A stretch of 64,000 nt of DNA from Phycisphaerales bacterium (GTDB taxonomy: Bacteria; Planctomycetota; Phycisphaerae; Phycisphaerales; SM1A02): positions 1,430-65,429 of the forward strand of contig SIAR01000010.1 in assembly GCA_009691705.1 (NCBI GenBank). The letters are read 5' to 3'. A program made the position numbers and the translations under genes. Below, piece by piece: positions 63,805 through 64,000 of this stretch; within the stretch, counting starts at the first letter, position 1, and each line of letters begins with the position of its first letter. The notes under the pieces are model-generated. The model saw only the letters and a list, made by a program, of their open reading frames with translations. It was not told the DNA's origin and made no database searches.

Positions 63805-64000
63805 CTACGCCGGATTCGCAAGCGCATCGGGTGGCAGATCTTCGCGTGGCTCTTGCTTCTGTGGCGACTGAGTCGGTGGCGACTTTGGAATCTCCCGTTC
63901 GAGCAACTCGGTAACCGAAGGTCGGGAGAAGACTTCGCCGCGCATGATGCGATCGACTTCATCCTTCGAGAGCGTTTCGACGCTGAGAAGTGCCTCTGCC
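63805..64000 (-). CDS. 3' end of a gene truncated by the window edge, possibly an FtsH-like protease C-terminus
   Basis: My own translation of the minus strand gives AEALLSVETLSKDEVDRIMRGEVFSRPSVTELLEREIPKSPPTQSPQKQEPREDLPPDALANPA*, with the stop at 63805-63807. The L.E.ETLs.dEv..i motif resembles the end of FtsH. The ORF is absent from the supplied track because it has no start inside the window. Confidence 0.35.
   Translation of the reverse strand, partial: AEALLSVETLSKDEVDRIMRGEVFSRPSVTELLEREIPKSPPTQSPQKQEPREDLPPDALANPA

Overview
High-GC (about 60% by eye), almost fully coding chromosomal segment. I call 46 complete CDS plus one partial CDS at the right edge, one clear intrinsic terminator and a few short tandem repeats. 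I see no rRNA, tRNA, CRISPR array, transposase, integrase or phage genes. No intergenic gap exceeds about 180 bp. Most long ORFs opposite the called genes look like high-GC shadow frames.

Content is mostly housekeeping:
- translation and RNA modification: infB-rbfA, YebC-family regulator, prmC, fusA, rluD, rlmN, queG, NrnA-like DHH phosphoesterase
- metabolism: putA-like, ribD, ribF, class I aldolase fbaB, gpsA, ispH, large-form glutamate dehydrogenase, pyrC
- DNA-related: comM/yifB, uvrC
- squalene synthesis: hpnC-hpnD-hpnE

A PVC/Planctomycetota-like origin is plausible but is only inference. It rests on planctomycete-cytochrome-like CxxCH modules, many exported hypothetical proteins and weak Shine-Dalgarno usage.

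I do not see a clear-cut new multi-gene system such as a defence island. The leads I consider most worth a second look are:
1. a strongly expressed-looking monocistronic gene for a tiny Cys-rich lipoprotein built from a near-perfect 60-bp tandem repeat (61907-62289)
2. a P1B-like ATPase lacking every canonical transmembrane metal ligand, translationally coupled to an exported haem-c-motif protein (27327-30567)
3. a 1142-aa indolepyruvate/2-oxoacid:ferredoxin oxidoreductase look-alike in which the cofactor motifs I expect appear degenerate (34585-38013)
4. a class III aminotransferase start/stop-coupled to an MMPL/RND exporter, 13 kb from hpnCDE, a possible HpnO/HpnN-like hopanoid module (56352-60526)
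5. a fused GldF-GldG-like ABC component with a DUF4340-like partner, head-to-head with a PAS-GAF response regulator (15002-21609)

All functional calls come from motif recognition by eye. None has been checked against a database.
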